In this document: positions 21,257 through 32,681 of the stretch, in pieces
How positions within the stretch are numbered: position 1 is the first letter of the stretch
How the letters are laid out: every line of letters begins with the position of its first letter
From: Gemmatimonadota bacterium
Lineage (GTDB): Bacteria; Gemmatimonadota; Gemmatimonadetes; Palauibacterales; Palauibacteraceae
DNA length: 64,000 bases
NCBI GenBank assembly: GCA_963666735.1
Contig: OY762926.1
Location: forward strand, 3,912,541-3,976,540
Direction: 5' to 3'
Notes under the pieces: generated by a model
What the model was told of the DNA's origin: nothing
The model's input: the letters and a program-made list of their open reading frames with translations, nothing else
The model's database searches: none
Program-made: the position numbers and the translations under genes

Positions 21257-21517
21257 TTACCCCTCCCGCACGCGCACGACGTAGTCTTCGATGATCGGGT
21301 TCGCGATCAGTTGTTCGCACATCTTCTCCGTGGAGGCCCTGGCGGCCTCCGGCCCGTCGGCTTCGACCTCGAGACGGATCAGCCTCCCGGCGCGCACGGA
21401 GTGGACGCCCTCGTACCCGAGGTTGCCGAGCGCGCGGCGGATCGTCTCTCCCGCCGGATCGAGGATCCCCTCGCGCGGCGTGACCCGGACATCCACGGAC
21501 CAGACCCGGCTCCTCAT
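21257..21517 (-). CDS. purS: phosphoribosylformylglycinamidine synthase subunit PurS
   Basis: 86-aa C-terminal portion of track ORF 21257..22102 starting [26 protein letters not shown]; ATGA overlap with purC. Confidence 0.8.
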   Translation of the reverse strand: MRSRVWSVDVRVTPREGILDPAGETIRRALGNLGYEGVHSVRAGRLIRLEVEADGPEAARASTEKMCEQLIANPIIEDYVVRVREG

Positions 21518-22467
21518 GAGGGCGCCTCGTAGAGTTCGTGGCCCGCGATGCGGCGGAAGGCCTCGAGATAGCGCTCCGAGGTCGTGCGGATGACCTCCTC
21601 CGGGAGCGCCGGCGCCGGCGGCGTCTTGTCCCATTCCCCGCGCCCGACGATCTCCTGCAGGTGGTCGCGCACCGGCTGCTTGTCGAGCGAAGGCTGGCCG
21701 CCTCCGATCCGGTACGAATCGGCGGGCCAGAAGCGGGACGAGTCGGGGGTCATCGCCTCGTCGATGAGGATGATCCGCCCGTCGGCCCCGCGTCCGAACT
21801 CGTACTTCGTATCGGCCAGGATGATGCCGCGCTCGCGGAGCGTGTCCCGGCCCGCGGCGTAGAGCGCGAGGCTGATGTCGCGCAGTTCCGTGGCGAGTTC
21901 CGTCCCCACGATGTCGCACATCTGCGCGAAGGTGATGTTCTCGTCGTGGAGTCCCTCTTCCGCCTTCGTGGAGGGCGAGAAGATCGGCTCCGGGTACGCC
22001 TCCGACTCCCGCAGGCCCTCCGGGAGAGGTTCGCCCGCGAGCGTCCCGTGGCGGCTGTACTCCTTCCACGCGGAGCCGGAGATGAAGCCGCGCACGATGC
22101 ATTCGACGGGCAGGGGACGCGCCTTCTCGACCAGCATGGCGCGATGTCCCAGGCTGTCGGCGATGCCGGCGAGCTCAGGCGCCGCCTCGGCGATGGCGGC
22201 CGGGTCGCTCGCGACGCGGTGGTTGCCGACGATGTCCGTCGTCCGGTCGAACCAGAACGCGGAGAGTTGGGTGAGCACGGCCCCCTTGTGGGGGATCGGG
22301 TTCGGGATCACGCAGTCGAAGGCGCTGATGCGGTCGCTGGCGACCATCAGGATCCGGTCGCCGAGGTCGTACATCGAGCGCACCTTCCCCTTGCGGAGAA
22401 GCGGCAGCGGCAAGTCGATCTCATGGAGTGCGGCCGGCGGGTTCCCGCCGAGCGTGGTCTGGGTCAT
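21514..22467 (-). CDS. purC: phosphoribosylaminoimidazole-succinocarboxamide synthase
   Basis: SAICAR synthetase motifs (GKVRSMYD, SDRISAFD). Confidence 0.9.
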   Translation of the reverse strand: MTQTTLGGNPPAALHEIDLPLPLLRKGKVRSMYDLGDRILMVASDRISAFDCVIPNPIPHKGAVLTQLSAFWFDRTTDIVGNHRVASDPAAIAEAAPELAGIADSLGHRAMLVEKARPLPVECIVRGFISGSAWKEYSRHGTLAGEPLPEGLRESEAYPEPIFSPSTKAEEGLHDENITFAQMCDIVGTELATELRDISLALYAAGRDTLRERGIILADTKYEFGRGADGRIILIDEAMTPDSSRFWPADSYRIGGGQPSLDKQPVRDHLQEIVGRGEWDKTPPAPALPEEVIRTTSERYLEAFRRIAGHELYEAPS

Positions 22468-22522
22468 GGCGTCCTTTCGAGTGTCGCTGGTGCGGGTCCG
22501 GGCGCGTTCCCGCGGGAACGCC

Positions 22523-23953
22523 TCATACGCGGACCTCCTCGGCGGGCCGCGGCGCGTCCGCGGCCTCGAACAGCGGGTCGATCCTTGTGGTCAGGAAGCG
22601 CTCCACCTGGCGGGCGGAGCGGCCGATGAGCCGGTGCGGGTCGGCCAGCGCGCGGAGATCCTCCATGCCGAGCCCGAAGGCGTCATCGGCGGCGATGCGC
22701 GCGAAAAAATCGTTGTCCTCCGCGCCCTCGTCGAGCCGTTCGCGCGCGGCGAGCGCGTGTCCCCGCACCCGTTCGTGCAGGTCCTGCCGGTCGCCGCCCC
22801 CCCGCACGCCCGCAATGAGGATCTCCTCGGTGACCATGAAGGGGAGGGCCCGGCCGAGCCGGCGCGCCACCACGGCCGGGTGAACGACGAGCCCCGCGCT
22901 CACGTTGCGGGCGAGGATGAGGAGCGCGTCCGCCGACAGGTAGCCCTCGGGGAGCGAGATGCGGCGGTTCGCCGAGTCGTCTAGCGTGCGCTCGAACCAC
23001 TGCACGGAGGCGGTCCACGAAGCGTCGAGTTCCAGCGTGCAGAGGTGCCGCGCCAGCGCGCAGATCCGCTCGCTCCGCATGGGGTTGCGCTTGTACGGCA
23101 TCGCCGACGAACCGATCTGCTGCTTCCCGAACGGCTCCTCGATCTCGCCGAAGGCCTGCAGGATCCGGATGTCGTGCCCGAAGCGGGCCGTCGAGGCGCC
23201 GATGCCGGCGAGCGCCGCGAGCGCCCGGTGGTCGACCTTCCGCGGGTAGGTCTGACCGATCACATCGTACGTGCCGGCGAAGCCGAAGCGCGCCGCGAGC
23301 CGCTCGTTGAGCCGGTCCACCTTCCCGCCGTCCCCGTCGAAGAGTTCGAGGAACGTCGCCTCCGTCCCCGTCGTTCCCCGGGCTCCCCGGAAGCGGAGTT
23401 CCGCCCGCACGGCCTCGATCTGCTCGAGGTCGAAGAGGAGATCCTGGAGCCAGAGGCAGGCGCGCTTCCCGATCGTCACGGGCTGGGCCGGCTGGAGGTG
23501 CGTGTAGCCGAGCGTGGGCTCGGCGGCCTGCTCGCGGGCGAAGGCCGCGAGGTCTTCGATCGTGCCCAGCAGCCGGTCGCGCACGATGTCGAGACCCTGC
23601 CGGTGCTGGATGAGGCCGTGGTTGTCGCCCACGAAGGCGCTCGTCGCGCCGAGGTGGATGTACTTGCGGGCTTCCGGGGCGACCTCGCCGAAGTGATGCA
23701 CGTGCGCCATGACGTCGTGGCGGAGGTCGCGCTCGATCACGGCGATCCGGTCGAGGTCGATCTGCTCCCGCGCCGCGTGCATCGCCACGATGGCGTCGTT
23801 GGGAATCTCGACGCCGAGGGCGCGCTCCTCCTCGGCGAGCGCAATCCACAGGTCGCGCCAGACGAGCGCCTGCATGCGAGGGGAGAAGATCGCCGCCATC
23901 TCGCTCGAGGCGTAGCGGTCGATGAGAGGATGTGGGTAGTGACGTTCCGCCAT
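22523..23953 (-). CDS. purB: adenylosuccinate lyase
   Basis: Lyase-1 fumarase-like signature; the start was trimmed to the ATG at 23953 (MAERHYPHPLIDRYAS). Confidence 0.9.
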   Translation of the reverse strand: MAERHYPHPLIDRYASSEMAAIFSPRMQALVWRDLWIALAEEERALGVEIPNDAIVAMHAAREQIDLDRIAVIERDLRHDVMAHVHHFGEVAPEARKYIHLGATSAFVGDNHGLIQHRQGLDIVRDRLLGTIEDLAAFAREQAAEPTLGYTHLQPAQPVTIGKRACLWLQDLLFDLEQIEAVRAELRFRGARGTTGTEATFLELFDGDGGKVDRLNERLAARFGFAGTYDVIGQTYPRKVDHRALAALAGIGASTARFGHDIRILQAFGEIEEPFGKQQIGSSAMPYKRNPMRSERICALARHLCTLELDASWTASVQWFERTLDDSANRRISLPEGYLSADALLILARNVSAGLVVHPAVVARRLGRALPFMVTEEILIAGVRGGGDRQDLHERVRGHALAARERLDEGAEDNDFFARIAADDAFGLGMEDLRALADPHRLIGRSARQVERFLTTRIDPLFEAADAPRPAEEVRV

Positions 23954-24044
23954 CAGGCGCGTAGTCCGGATCCAGCGGCCCACCCGGGGCGACCTCGGTC
24001 GCCGTAAGGTCGCAGTCTAGCCTCTCGGCGTCCCGCGCAAAAGT

Positions 24045-24061
24045 CCCGGAGGGGTCAGCGG
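24045..24061. repeat. 17-bp direct repeat CCCGGAGGGGTCAGCGG flanking the IS (putative target-site duplication, left copy)
   Basis: An identical 17-mer occurs at 25568..25584 immediately outside the IS inverted repeats. Confidence 0.7.
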
Positions 24062-25567
24062 TGTCAAACCGCAATAGAAATGTCCGGGGTTAGAGCGCAG
24101 TAGAAATGTCCTCCCCCGGCGGTTCGGTTCTGCCCCGCTCCGGGGCCGGTTCGGGGGAGCGGGGCGGTTCCTTCTCGTTGGATATCGCTTCTCGCTCGCG
24201 GCGGAGGTCTCGGCGCGCGACGGCCTGCTGGACGGAGGCTTGGAAGTGCTTGCGCCACGGGTGGTCCGGAGCTGGCTTCGGGGGCGCGGGCCTCGGCTTC
24301 GCCGGCTTGGCGGGCGCGGGAGGGGCCGGGGCCCGGCGCGCGGGTTCGAGCTCCAGATAGCGCTCGCCGAGGCGAAAGCGGGTCTGGCCGCCGAGGCGGC
24401 GCTCGACGATGATCTCGTCTCCGGGGGCGATGCCGGCGGCCTCGTTCTCCGGGATCTGCCAGTGGCGGTTCCGGAAGCGGATCGTGAAGTCGCGGGCCAC
24501 GACGCGGGTCTCCGTCTCGGCGAAGAGCGCCTCGAGGTCCACGCCGTCCGGGAGCGGGCGGTGCGCGTCGCGGGGGTCGGCGGGCTCGACGGCGAAGCGT
24601 TCGTTCCAGAACGGAACCCAGTAGTCCTGCAGGAAGCGGTTGGCCCCCTCCAGCGTGGCGATCCCCTCCACCCGCATCTCCCTGACCAGCCGATCCTGCG
24701 CGGTGCCGAAGCTCCGCTCGACCCGGCCCTTGGCCTGCGGGGAGCCCGCGAGGATCACCTCGACCCCCAACTCGCCCAACCCCCGGGCGATGATCGTGTC
24801 CGTGCGCTCCTCCTTCTTCGACAGCCACTGCCCGAAGTGTCCGGCGTGGTCGGTGTACACCGCCACCGGGCGGCCGTGGCGGCGCAGGTAGCCGATGATC
24901 GCCCGCCGGTTCTCCGCCCCGTCGTCGCGCGCCGCGAAGCGGGCCCATCATCAGCCGGCTCGTCGCGTCGTCGTGGATCGAGATCAGCACCTGTCCTCCC
25001 GCCGCCCGCTCCTCCAGCCACGGATGCACCGAGCTGTCCCACTGCCCCAGCTCGCCCAGCGCCGCCCGCCTCGGACGCCGGCGGCGGTGCTTCGCGCGCT
25101 TGCGGCGACGCTCCCACAGCCCGGCCTCCAGCATCCAGCACCGCAGCGTCTCCGCGCTCAGACGCAGCCCGAAGCGTCTTTCCAGGTGTTCCGCAAGCAG
25201 CGTCGGCCCGAAGTCCCGGTACAGCGGATCCCTCGCAACCTCCAGCGCCCGCTCCCGATCTTCCGCGCGCAGCGCCCGGTTCGACCGCCGTCCCCGCAGG
25301 CCGTGTACCGCCGCCGCATCGCCCTCCGCCTCGAACCTCCGGCGCAACCGGCGAAAATGCCGCCGAGTCACGCCGATCCGCTCCGCTCCCGCAGCGACCG
25401 TCAGCACTCCCTCGCTCACCTGTCTCAGCACCGAGATGCGATCCCGCTCCCTCAGACTCAAGTCCATCCGCTCCTCTCCCGGATCCCGTTCCGCCGTTGA
25501 CCGAACATGGACCGTAAGAGGACATTTCTACTTGGCTAAGGGGGGACATTTCTACTTTGGTACGACA
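24062..25567. mobile_element. insertion sequence, ISNCY family (IS1202 group), 1506 bp with imperfect terminal inverted repeats of about 24 bp (TGTC...GGACATTTCTA) and an internal second copy of GAGGACATTTCTACT
   Basis: The left end tgtcaaaccgcaatagaaatgtcc matches the reverse complement of the right end ggacatttctactttggtacgaca at 19 of 24 positions. It encodes a transposase with the DFGPT..ETLR.WM..GLW...GEL.Q.D.S.H.W...IDDATS..AVYTDHAGHF signature. Confidence 0.75.
24090..25467 (-). pseudogene. ISNCY/IS1202-group DDE transposase, split by a +1 frameshift at a GGG run near 24935
   Basis: The N-terminal HTH part lies in track ORF 24064..25467 (up to ...ISIHDDATSRLMMG) and the C-terminal catalytic part in track ORF 24090..24866 (ARFAARDDGAENRRAIIGYLRRHGRPVAVYTDHAGHFGQW...). 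Removing one G from ATGGGCCCGC restores a single frame of about 458 aa. Confidence 0.75.
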
Positions 25568-25584
25568 CCCGGAGGGGTCAGCGG
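25568..25584. repeat. 17-bp direct repeat CCCGGAGGGGTCAGCGG (right copy), which includes the stop codon of the DegP-like gene
   Basis: Identical to 24045..24061. Confidence 0.7.
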
Positions 25585-27080
25585 ACACGGAAAGGCTGGA
25601 GGTATCCGATCTCCGTCCCGCGCGCGATGTAGAGTTGCACCGAGCCGTCGCGGGACCGCGCGTAGTAGTCGAAGAGTTCGCCCGCGTCCTCGGCGGAGCG
25701 CACCTCGTTGCGGTTGATGCTGAGGATGACGTCGCCCTCTCGGAGCCTCGTCCCGCGAGCTTCCTCCCCGACGGAGGCGATGAGCGCGCCGGCGTCGACC
25801 CGCAGGTTGAGTTCCTGCTGGATCTGCGGCGTGACCGTGATCAGCCGGAGTCCCGCGAGGACTTCGATCCGCTCGGCCCGCCCCGTGGGTACCTCGTCCA
25901 GCCGGAATCGCGCCTGTAGTTCACGTCCCCCTCGGTGGAAGGTCACGTCCACCGTCGATCCCACTCCGGCGTCCACCAGTCCCACCTGCCAGTCGAGATC
26001 GTGATTGATGACGCGCCCGTTGAGCGTCACGATCTCGTCCCCCGCCCGCAGTCCGGCCGCGTCGGCCGGCGTTCCCTCAAGGACCTCGACGACGAGCGGC
26101 CGGCCGAAGACGGACTCGGGGTCGGGCCGGTCGGTGAGCACCTGAAGTCCCGCCCATGGCCGGCGCACGCGCCCGAACTGGAGGAGTTCCGAGGCGACGA
26201 CGAGCGCCCGGTCGATGGGGATCGCGAAGCCCATCCCCTCCGATCCCCCGGAGCGCGAGAAGATCGAACTGTTCACGCCGATGACGTCGCCTTCCGCGTT
26301 TGCCAGCGGGCCGCCCGAATTTCCCGGGTTGATCGACGCGTCGGTCTGGATCATGTCGGCGTAGAGCACCTCCTGGCCGCCCGCCGCCTGGATGTCGCGC
26401 CCGACGCCGCTCACGACTCCCGAGGTGACGGTCGCTTCGGTGTTGCGGAGGGCGTAGCCCGACGGATTCCCCAGCGCCACCGCGGGCTCCCCGATAAGAA
26501 GATTCGAGGACGTGCCCAGCGGAGCCGCCGGCACCCGGTCGGGAGGAACCCTCACGACGGCGAGGTCGGTGAGTTCGTCGAAGCCGACCACTTCGGCCTC
26601 GAACCGCTGCCCGACGCGGTCCACGACCTCGATTCGGTCCGCCCCGCTCACGACGTGTGCGTTGGTGATGATGGTGCCCGCGTCATCGATGGCGAACCCG
26701 GAGCCCAGACCGGCCTCGACCCGGGAACGGCCGCGCCGGTTGAAGAAGCGGTCGAACATGTCCTGCGACTGGACGGTCCGCTCCGTCCGAAGGCTGACGA
26801 CGGAGGGGAGCACGCGGACCGCGGCGATGACCGTGGGCGTCCGCCGGGCCCCGGAGATCTCGGCCACCGACTGGGGAGCGGTCCGGTCTGCGGGGTCCGC
26901 CAGGGACGTGCGGGCAAACGGGTTGTTCGCGGGCCGGCTCTCCTCCGGCTGCGGAGGCCCGTTCCCCAGTGTGGTGACGAGCGCCCCCACTCCGAGGCCG
27001 GCAAAGATCAGGACCGTGGCCGCGACGACTACGCGGGCGGCCGACACCAGCATTCTCCCGACCCGATTTCCCTCGTTCAT
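25578..27080 (-). CDS. periplasmic serine endoprotease, DegP/HtrA family (trypsin domain plus two PDZ domains)
   Basis: N-terminal TM anchor, catalytic triad region with GNSGGPL, C-terminal PDZ repeats. Confidence 0.85.
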   Translation of the reverse strand: MNEGNRVGRMLVSAARVVVAATVLIFAGLGVGALVTTLGNGPPQPEESRPANNPFARTSLADPADRTAPQSVAEISGARRTPTVIAAVRVLPSVVSLRTERTVQSQDMFDRFFNRRGRSRVEAGLGSGFAIDDAGTIITNAHVVSGADRIEVVDRVGQRFEAEVVGFDELTDLAVVRVPPDRVPAAPLGTSSNLLIGEPAVALGNPSGYALRNTEATVTSGVVSGVGRDIQAAGGQEVLYADMIQTDASINPGNSGGPLANAEGDVIGVNSSIFSRSGGSEGMGFAIPIDRALVVASELLQFGRVRRPWAGLQVLTDRPDPESVFGRPLVVEVLEGTPADAAGLRAGDEIVTLNGRVINHDLDWQVGLVDAGVGSTVDVTFHRGGRELQARFRLDEVPTGRAERIEVLAGLRLITVTPQIQQELNLRVDAGALIASVGEEARGTRLREGDVILSINRNEVRSAEDAGELFDYYARSRDGSVQLYIARGTEIGYLQPFRVR

Positions 27081-27173
27081 CTTCCCTCGCTCATGGACCC
27101 CGCTACCCGGTATACGATAACTGTACGCCGAACCACCCCGCAGGGTTCACGTCCAAAACCCGGCGATGCCCGC

Positions 27174-27986
27174 TCAATGCCCGCGGGCGGGGAGCCACGG
27201 GATCCCGGGGCCGGAATTCCATTCGCCGCCGTAGCGCACCCCCGTCAGGTAGAGTCCGCCGGGCGGGGCGGGGAAGACGGCCCGAGTCCCGGCCTCTCCC
27301 GCCAACAGTCGCTCGAAGTCCTCGAACGGTCGGCGCCCCGCGGCGATCTCCACGGAAGTCCCCACCAGGTAGCGCACCATGTGGTGGAGGAAGCGGTCGG
27401 CGACGATCTCGAAGAAGAGGAAGGGAGGACGATCGAAGCACCAGGCGGCGCTCGCGACGCGGCATCGCGTCCCCCGCCCGGGCTGCCCGGCGCGGGCGAA
27501 CCGGTCGAACGACCGTTCCCCGGGGATGGCCGCCGCCAGCCGGGCGAGCGCGTCGCGGTCGAGCGGCCGCCGCGGGATCCAGGCGCGGTCGCGCAGGAAC
27601 GGCCGCCTCCGGCCGCCCTCCGCGATCACGTATCGGTAACGGCGCCCCTCGGCGTCGAAGCGCGGATGGAAATCGGCCGCCGCGGCCCTCACCTTCCGAA
27701 CGGCGACGTCGTCGGGAAGGGTGGCCCCGAGCGCCCGGGCCAGTGCCTCCGGGCTCCAGGCGGGGGGCGGGCCGAACGCGATCTCCTGCGCCGTCGCGTG
27801 AACCCCCGCGTCGGTGCGGCCGGCGAGGTCGACTCGGACAGGCCCATCGAAGAGTTTTCCGAGCGCTTCCTCCACCTCGCGCTGGACGGTGCGCACTCCG
27901 GGCTGTAGTTGGGATCCGTGGAACGAGGTCCCATCGTACTCGGTCGTGGCCCGGAAACGGGCCGGCGGGGCCGTGGAATCCGACAT
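27174..27986 (-). CDS. truA: tRNA pseudouridine(38-40) synthase
   Basis: TEYDGTSFHGSQ and RTDAGVHA motifs. Confidence 0.85.
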   Translation of the reverse strand: MSDSTAPPARFRATTEYDGTSFHGSQLQPGVRTVQREVEEALGKLFDGPVRVDLAGRTDAGVHATAQEIAFGPPPAWSPEALARALGATLPDDVAVRKVRAAAADFHPRFDAEGRRYRYVIAEGGRRRPFLRDRAWIPRRPLDRDALARLAAAIPGERSFDRFARAGQPGRGTRCRVASAAWCFDRPPFLFFEIVADRFLHHMVRYLVGTSVEIAAGRRPFEDFERLLAGEAGTRAVFPAPPGGLYLTGVRYGGEWNSGPGIPWLPARGH

Positions 27987-28052
27987 GCGCGAAGATTAGC
28001 GACTTCCGGGCGGCGAGGGGAAACCGGCGAGGGGAAACCAGGAGGCATCGAG

Positions 28053-29066
28053 GTGACGAACACGATCCGGCGCGTCCTCTCCGGGGAAACCCTGGATGCG
28101 GCGACCGCCGAAGCCACGTTCGACCGCTTCATGAGCGGCGACGCCACGCAGGCGGAGATGGCCGCGCTCCTTGCGGCGCTCAGGATGCGCGGCGCAACGC
28201 CGGCGGAGGTGGCCGGGGGGGTCCGCGCGCTGCGGAAGGCCATGATCCCGCTCGCCCTCGACGACGATCGCATCATCGACACCTGCGGCACGGGCGGCGG
28301 CACGCTGACCACGTTCAACATCTCGACCGCCGCCGCCGTCGTCGCCGCGGCCGGCGGCGTCCGCATCGCGAAACACGGAAACCGTTCGTTCACCTCCAAG
28401 TGCGGCAGCGCCGACGTGCTCGAGATGCTCGGCATCCCCATCGAGCTTCCTCTGGAAGATGAGAAGCGGATGTTCGAGGCGACCGGGTTCGTGTTCATGT
28501 TCGCGCCGGCCCACCACCCGGCCATGCGGCACGTGGGCCCGGTCCGCGCCGCGCTCGGCGTGACCACGATCATGAACCTGCTCGGACCGCTCGCGAACCC
28601 GGCGGGCGTGCGCCGGCAGATCGTCGGCGTCGCCCACCGGGATGTTCAGCGCCTCGTCGCCGACGCCCTCCTCGAACTCGGTCACGTGCGCGCGCTCGTC
28701 GTCCACGGCGAGCCCGGCATGGACGAACTGAGTCCGCTCGGCCCGACCCGGGTCTTCCGCGTCGAGAACGGGACGCTGTTCGAATTCGAGGTTGCGCCGT
28801 CCGACTTCGGCTGGCCGGAATACGCGCCCGCCGATCTGGCCGGAGGCGAGCCGGAGGAGAACGCGGAGCGGGTCCGGCGCGTCATCGGCGGCGGCGAAGC
28901 CGGGGCCGGCCGCGCGGCCGTCGTGCTCAACGCGGCGGCCGCCTTCTGGGCCGCCGGCGCCGTGGACACCCTGGCCGCCGGCGTCGCCGCCGCCGAGCAA
29001 TCCATCGATTCGGGTGCCGCAGAAGCGCAACTTCAATCCCTGCAATCGTTTCAACCGAAAACGTGA
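28053..29066 (+). CDS. trpD: anthranilate phosphoribosyltransferase
   Basis: GTGGG and KHGNRS motifs; start chosen at GTG 28053, which lies 7 nt after an AGGAGG site at 28040..28045. The track ORF starts at 27909 inside truA. Confidence 0.9.
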   Translation: MTNTIRRVLSGETLDAATAEATFDRFMSGDATQAEMAALLAALRMRGATPAEVAGGVRALRKAMIPLALDDDRIIDTCGTGGGTLTTFNISTAAAVVAAAGGVRIAKHGNRSFTSKCGSADVLEMLGIPIELPLEDEKRMFEATGFVFMFAPAHHPAMRHVGPVRAALGVTTIMNLLGPLANPAGVRRQIVGVAHRDVQRLVADALLELGHVRALVVHGEPGMDELSPLGPTRVFRVENGTLFEFEVAPSDFGWPEYAPADLAGGEPEENAERVRRVIGGGEAGAGRAAVVLNAAAAFWAAGAVDTLAAGVAAAEQSIDSGAAEAQLQSLQSFQPKT

Positions 29067-29212
29067 CTCTTGTTGTGCCGGCGCGTGTGCCGGCGACGGG
29101 AACCTCCGCCCCGACGGTTTTTGTGGGAGGTGGGTGGCCGTCGGGACGGGAACTCTCGGGGAGTCGAGAGCGGTCCTCCGTCAGTTGCGGTGAGGTGTCT
29201 CGTTCCGGGCGT

Positions 29213-29821
29213 TCAGTAGCGCCGGATCACTCCGATCACCACGCCCTGGACCGTGACCTGCGATGGGTGCAGGTATAACGGCGTGAGCGCCGGATTCGCG
29301 GGCTGAAGCCGAACCTGCCCGTGCTCCAGGTAGATCTTCTTCATGGTGGCGTTCTCGCCGTCGACGAGCGCGATCACCATCTCGCCGTTGTGCGCCGTCT
29401 CCCGCGACTGGACGATGACGTAGTCTCCGTCGCGGATCTGTTCGTCGATCATCGAGTCGCCGCGGACCCGCAGCACGTAGTGTTCGCTCAGGGAACCGGA
29501 GATCATGTCTTCGGGAACGGAGACCGTCTCCTGCTCCTCGATGACCTCTATGGGCTGGCCGGCCGCCACGTTGCCGTACAGCCGCAGTTCGACCGCGGCG
29601 ACCTGGAGTTTTCCTTCCACCAGTTCGACCGACCGGCTTTCATTGTAGTTTTTTCGTATATACCCCTTCGCCTGCAGGTTCTCGAGATGTTCGTGGACCG
29701 TCGCGAGCGAGCGGTAGCCGAACTCCTCCGCGATCTCCTCGAAGCTCGGGGAATACCCGCGGAACCGTATGAAGCCCTCGAGGAAGTCCAGCATCTCGCG
29801 CTGTCGCTTCGTTAGCGCCAT
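29213..29821 (-). CDS. lexA: LexA repressor (SOS regulon)
   Basis: N-terminal winged HTH (MALTKRQREMLDFL), Ala-Gly cleavage site (VAAGQP), S24 peptidase Ser/Lys (GDSM ... MKK). Confidence 0.9.
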   Translation of the reverse strand: MALTKRQREMLDFLEGFIRFRGYSPSFEEIAEEFGYRSLATVHEHLENLQAKGYIRKNYNESRSVELVEGKLQVAAVELRLYGNVAAGQPIEVIEEQETVSVPEDMISGSLSEHYVLRVRGDSMIDEQIRDGDYVIVQSRETAHNGEMVIALVDGENATMKKIYLEHGQVRLQPANPALTPLYLHPSQVTVQGVVIGVIRRY

Positions 29822-29881
29822 CGTTTCTCCCTCCGCTCGTGCTTCCGCGCTTGCGCGGTCCGCCGCAGACCCTCGCCGCAG

Positions 29882-29925
29882 ACCGAATATTGTCCGAAGC
29901 TACCCGAATAAGGACCGAATTGCAA
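29882..29925. promoter_or_regulatory. cluster of four about 11-bp-spaced CCGAA(T/G) repeats in the divergent lexA/trpC intergenic region; candidate operator
   Basis: accGAATAttgtCCGAAGctacCCGAATAaggaCCGAATTg; in lexA orientation this reads as (A/T)TTCGG iterated with about 11-bp periodicity. No E. coli-type CTGT-N8-ACAG or GAAC-N4-GTTC box was found. Confidence 0.3.
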
Positions 29926-29996
29926 GCTTCCGCACGAACCGTCGCGACGGCCGGGGGTTTTGCGGCGGAATACCGACGGTCGCAGCTTGGCGCCCC

Positions 29997-30818
29997 ATGA
30001 CAGCTCACACGATTCTCGAAGAGATCCTCGCGGCGAAGCGGGAGGAGGTCGCGCGACTCCAGTTGTTCCGGAGCGCGATTCGCGGCCAGGCGGAGGAAGC
30101 CGCGCCCCCGCGCGGTTTCGAGGCGTCTCTGCGCCGGCCCGGGGAAGTCTCCGTGGTCGCGGAGTTCAAGCGCCGCTCTCCGTCCGCCGGCGACATCAAC
30201 CCCTACGCCCAGGCGGCGGGCGTGGCGAGCGTGTACGCCTCCGCGGGGGCGGCCGCGATCTCGGTCCTCACGGATGAACGCCATTTCGGCGGCTCGCTGG
30301 ACGATCTCAGGTCGGCGAAGGACGCGGTGGGGGTTCCCGTCCTCCGCAAGGATTTCACGCTGGATCCCGTCCAGTTGTACGAGGCGCGGGCCGCGGGCGC
30401 GGATGCGGTCCTGCTCATCGTGCGCGCGCTCGGCGACGCCCGGCTGCGGGAACTGCTGGAACTCGCGGCCGACATCGGCCTCGCGGCGCTCGTGGAGGCG
30501 CACGACGAGGAAGAGATGGAGCGGGCGCTCGAAGCCGGGGCCCGAATCATCGGCGTGAACGCGCGCGATCTCGCGTCCTTCAAGGTGGACCTCGAGCGCT
30601 CGCTGAGCCTGATCGCGGAGCTTCCGGCCGACGTCGTGGCCGTGGCGGAGAGCGGGATCCGGTCCGCGGAGGACGCGGCGGCGGCGGGCTCCGCGGGAGC
30701 CGACGCGGTTCTGGTCGGCGGCTGGCTGATGGCGGGCGATCCCTCGGCGGGGGTGGAGGCGCTCGTCGGCCATCCCAAGCGCCCCCGGAGCGCTCCGATG
30801 CCCCGGGGCACGCCGTGA
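29997..30818 (+). CDS. trpC: indole-3-glycerol phosphate synthase
   Basis: MTAHTILEEILAAKREEV start with EFKRRSPS motif; start trimmed to the ATG at 29997. Confidence 0.9.
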   Translation: MTAHTILEEILAAKREEVARLQLFRSAIRGQAEEAAPPRGFEASLRRPGEVSVVAEFKRRSPSAGDINPYAQAAGVASVYASAGAAAISVLTDERHFGGSLDDLRSAKDAVGVPVLRKDFTLDPVQLYEARAAGADAVLLIVRALGDARLRELLELAADIGLAALVEAHDEEEMERALEAGARIIGVNARDLASFKVDLERSLSLIAELPADVVAVAESGIRSAEDAAAAGSAGADAVLVGGWLMAGDPSAGVEALVGHPKRPRSAPMPRGTP

Positions 30819-31455
30819 ACGAGGTTCGGGTGAAGATCTGCGGCCTCAGGGACCCGCGGCACGCCGCCGCGGCTTCCCGCGCGGGCGCCGACTACATCGG
30901 CGTGGTGTTCGCGGGCCGCGTGCGGGAGGTCACTGCCGAGGAGGCCGGCGCGGTCGTGGCCGCCTTCGAGGGCGGCACGCGGGCCGTGGGCGTGTTCCTT
31001 GACGCGAGCCCGGCGGAGATCCTCCGGACCCGGGACGCTGCGGGGCTCCACGTCGCCCAGCTCGCCGGCGCGGAGCCGCCCGAAGTCTGCGATCGCCTGC
31101 GGGACGAGGGGTTGGGCGTGTGGAAGGGCCTCCGGCCCACGTCGAGCGCCGCGCTGGTCCGCGCGTGGGACGAGTACCGCGAGGCGGCGGACGCGATCCT
31201 CGTGGAGGGGTTCTCGCCGCGCGGACCCGGAGGTACCGGGACCGCCTTCCCGTACGAGTGGCTGTCGGAACTCGCGCGGGATGGGTGTGCCCTCGCGCTC
31301 GCGGGCGGACTGGAGGCGGCCACCGTGGCGCGCGCGATCCGTGACGCGCGTCCCGACATCGTCGATGTCTCCTCGGGCGTCGAGCGGGCGCCCGGCGTGA
31401 AGTCTCTCGAGCGGGTCCTCGAGTTCCTGGCCGCGGTGCGTCGCGGTCTCCCGGC

Positions 31456-31459
<4 letters not shown>
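30815..31459 (+). CDS. trpF: phosphoribosylanthranilate isomerase
   Basis: VKICGL...GADYIGVVF motif; GTG start overlapping the trpC stop. Confidence 0.85.
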
Positions 31460-32679
<1,220 letters not shown>

Positions 32680-32681
32680 CC

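Noticed and set aside
24240-25517. 425-aa plus-strand track ORF across the IS
   Set aside because: It is antisense to the transposase with no domain content; the IS coding capacity is on the minus strand.
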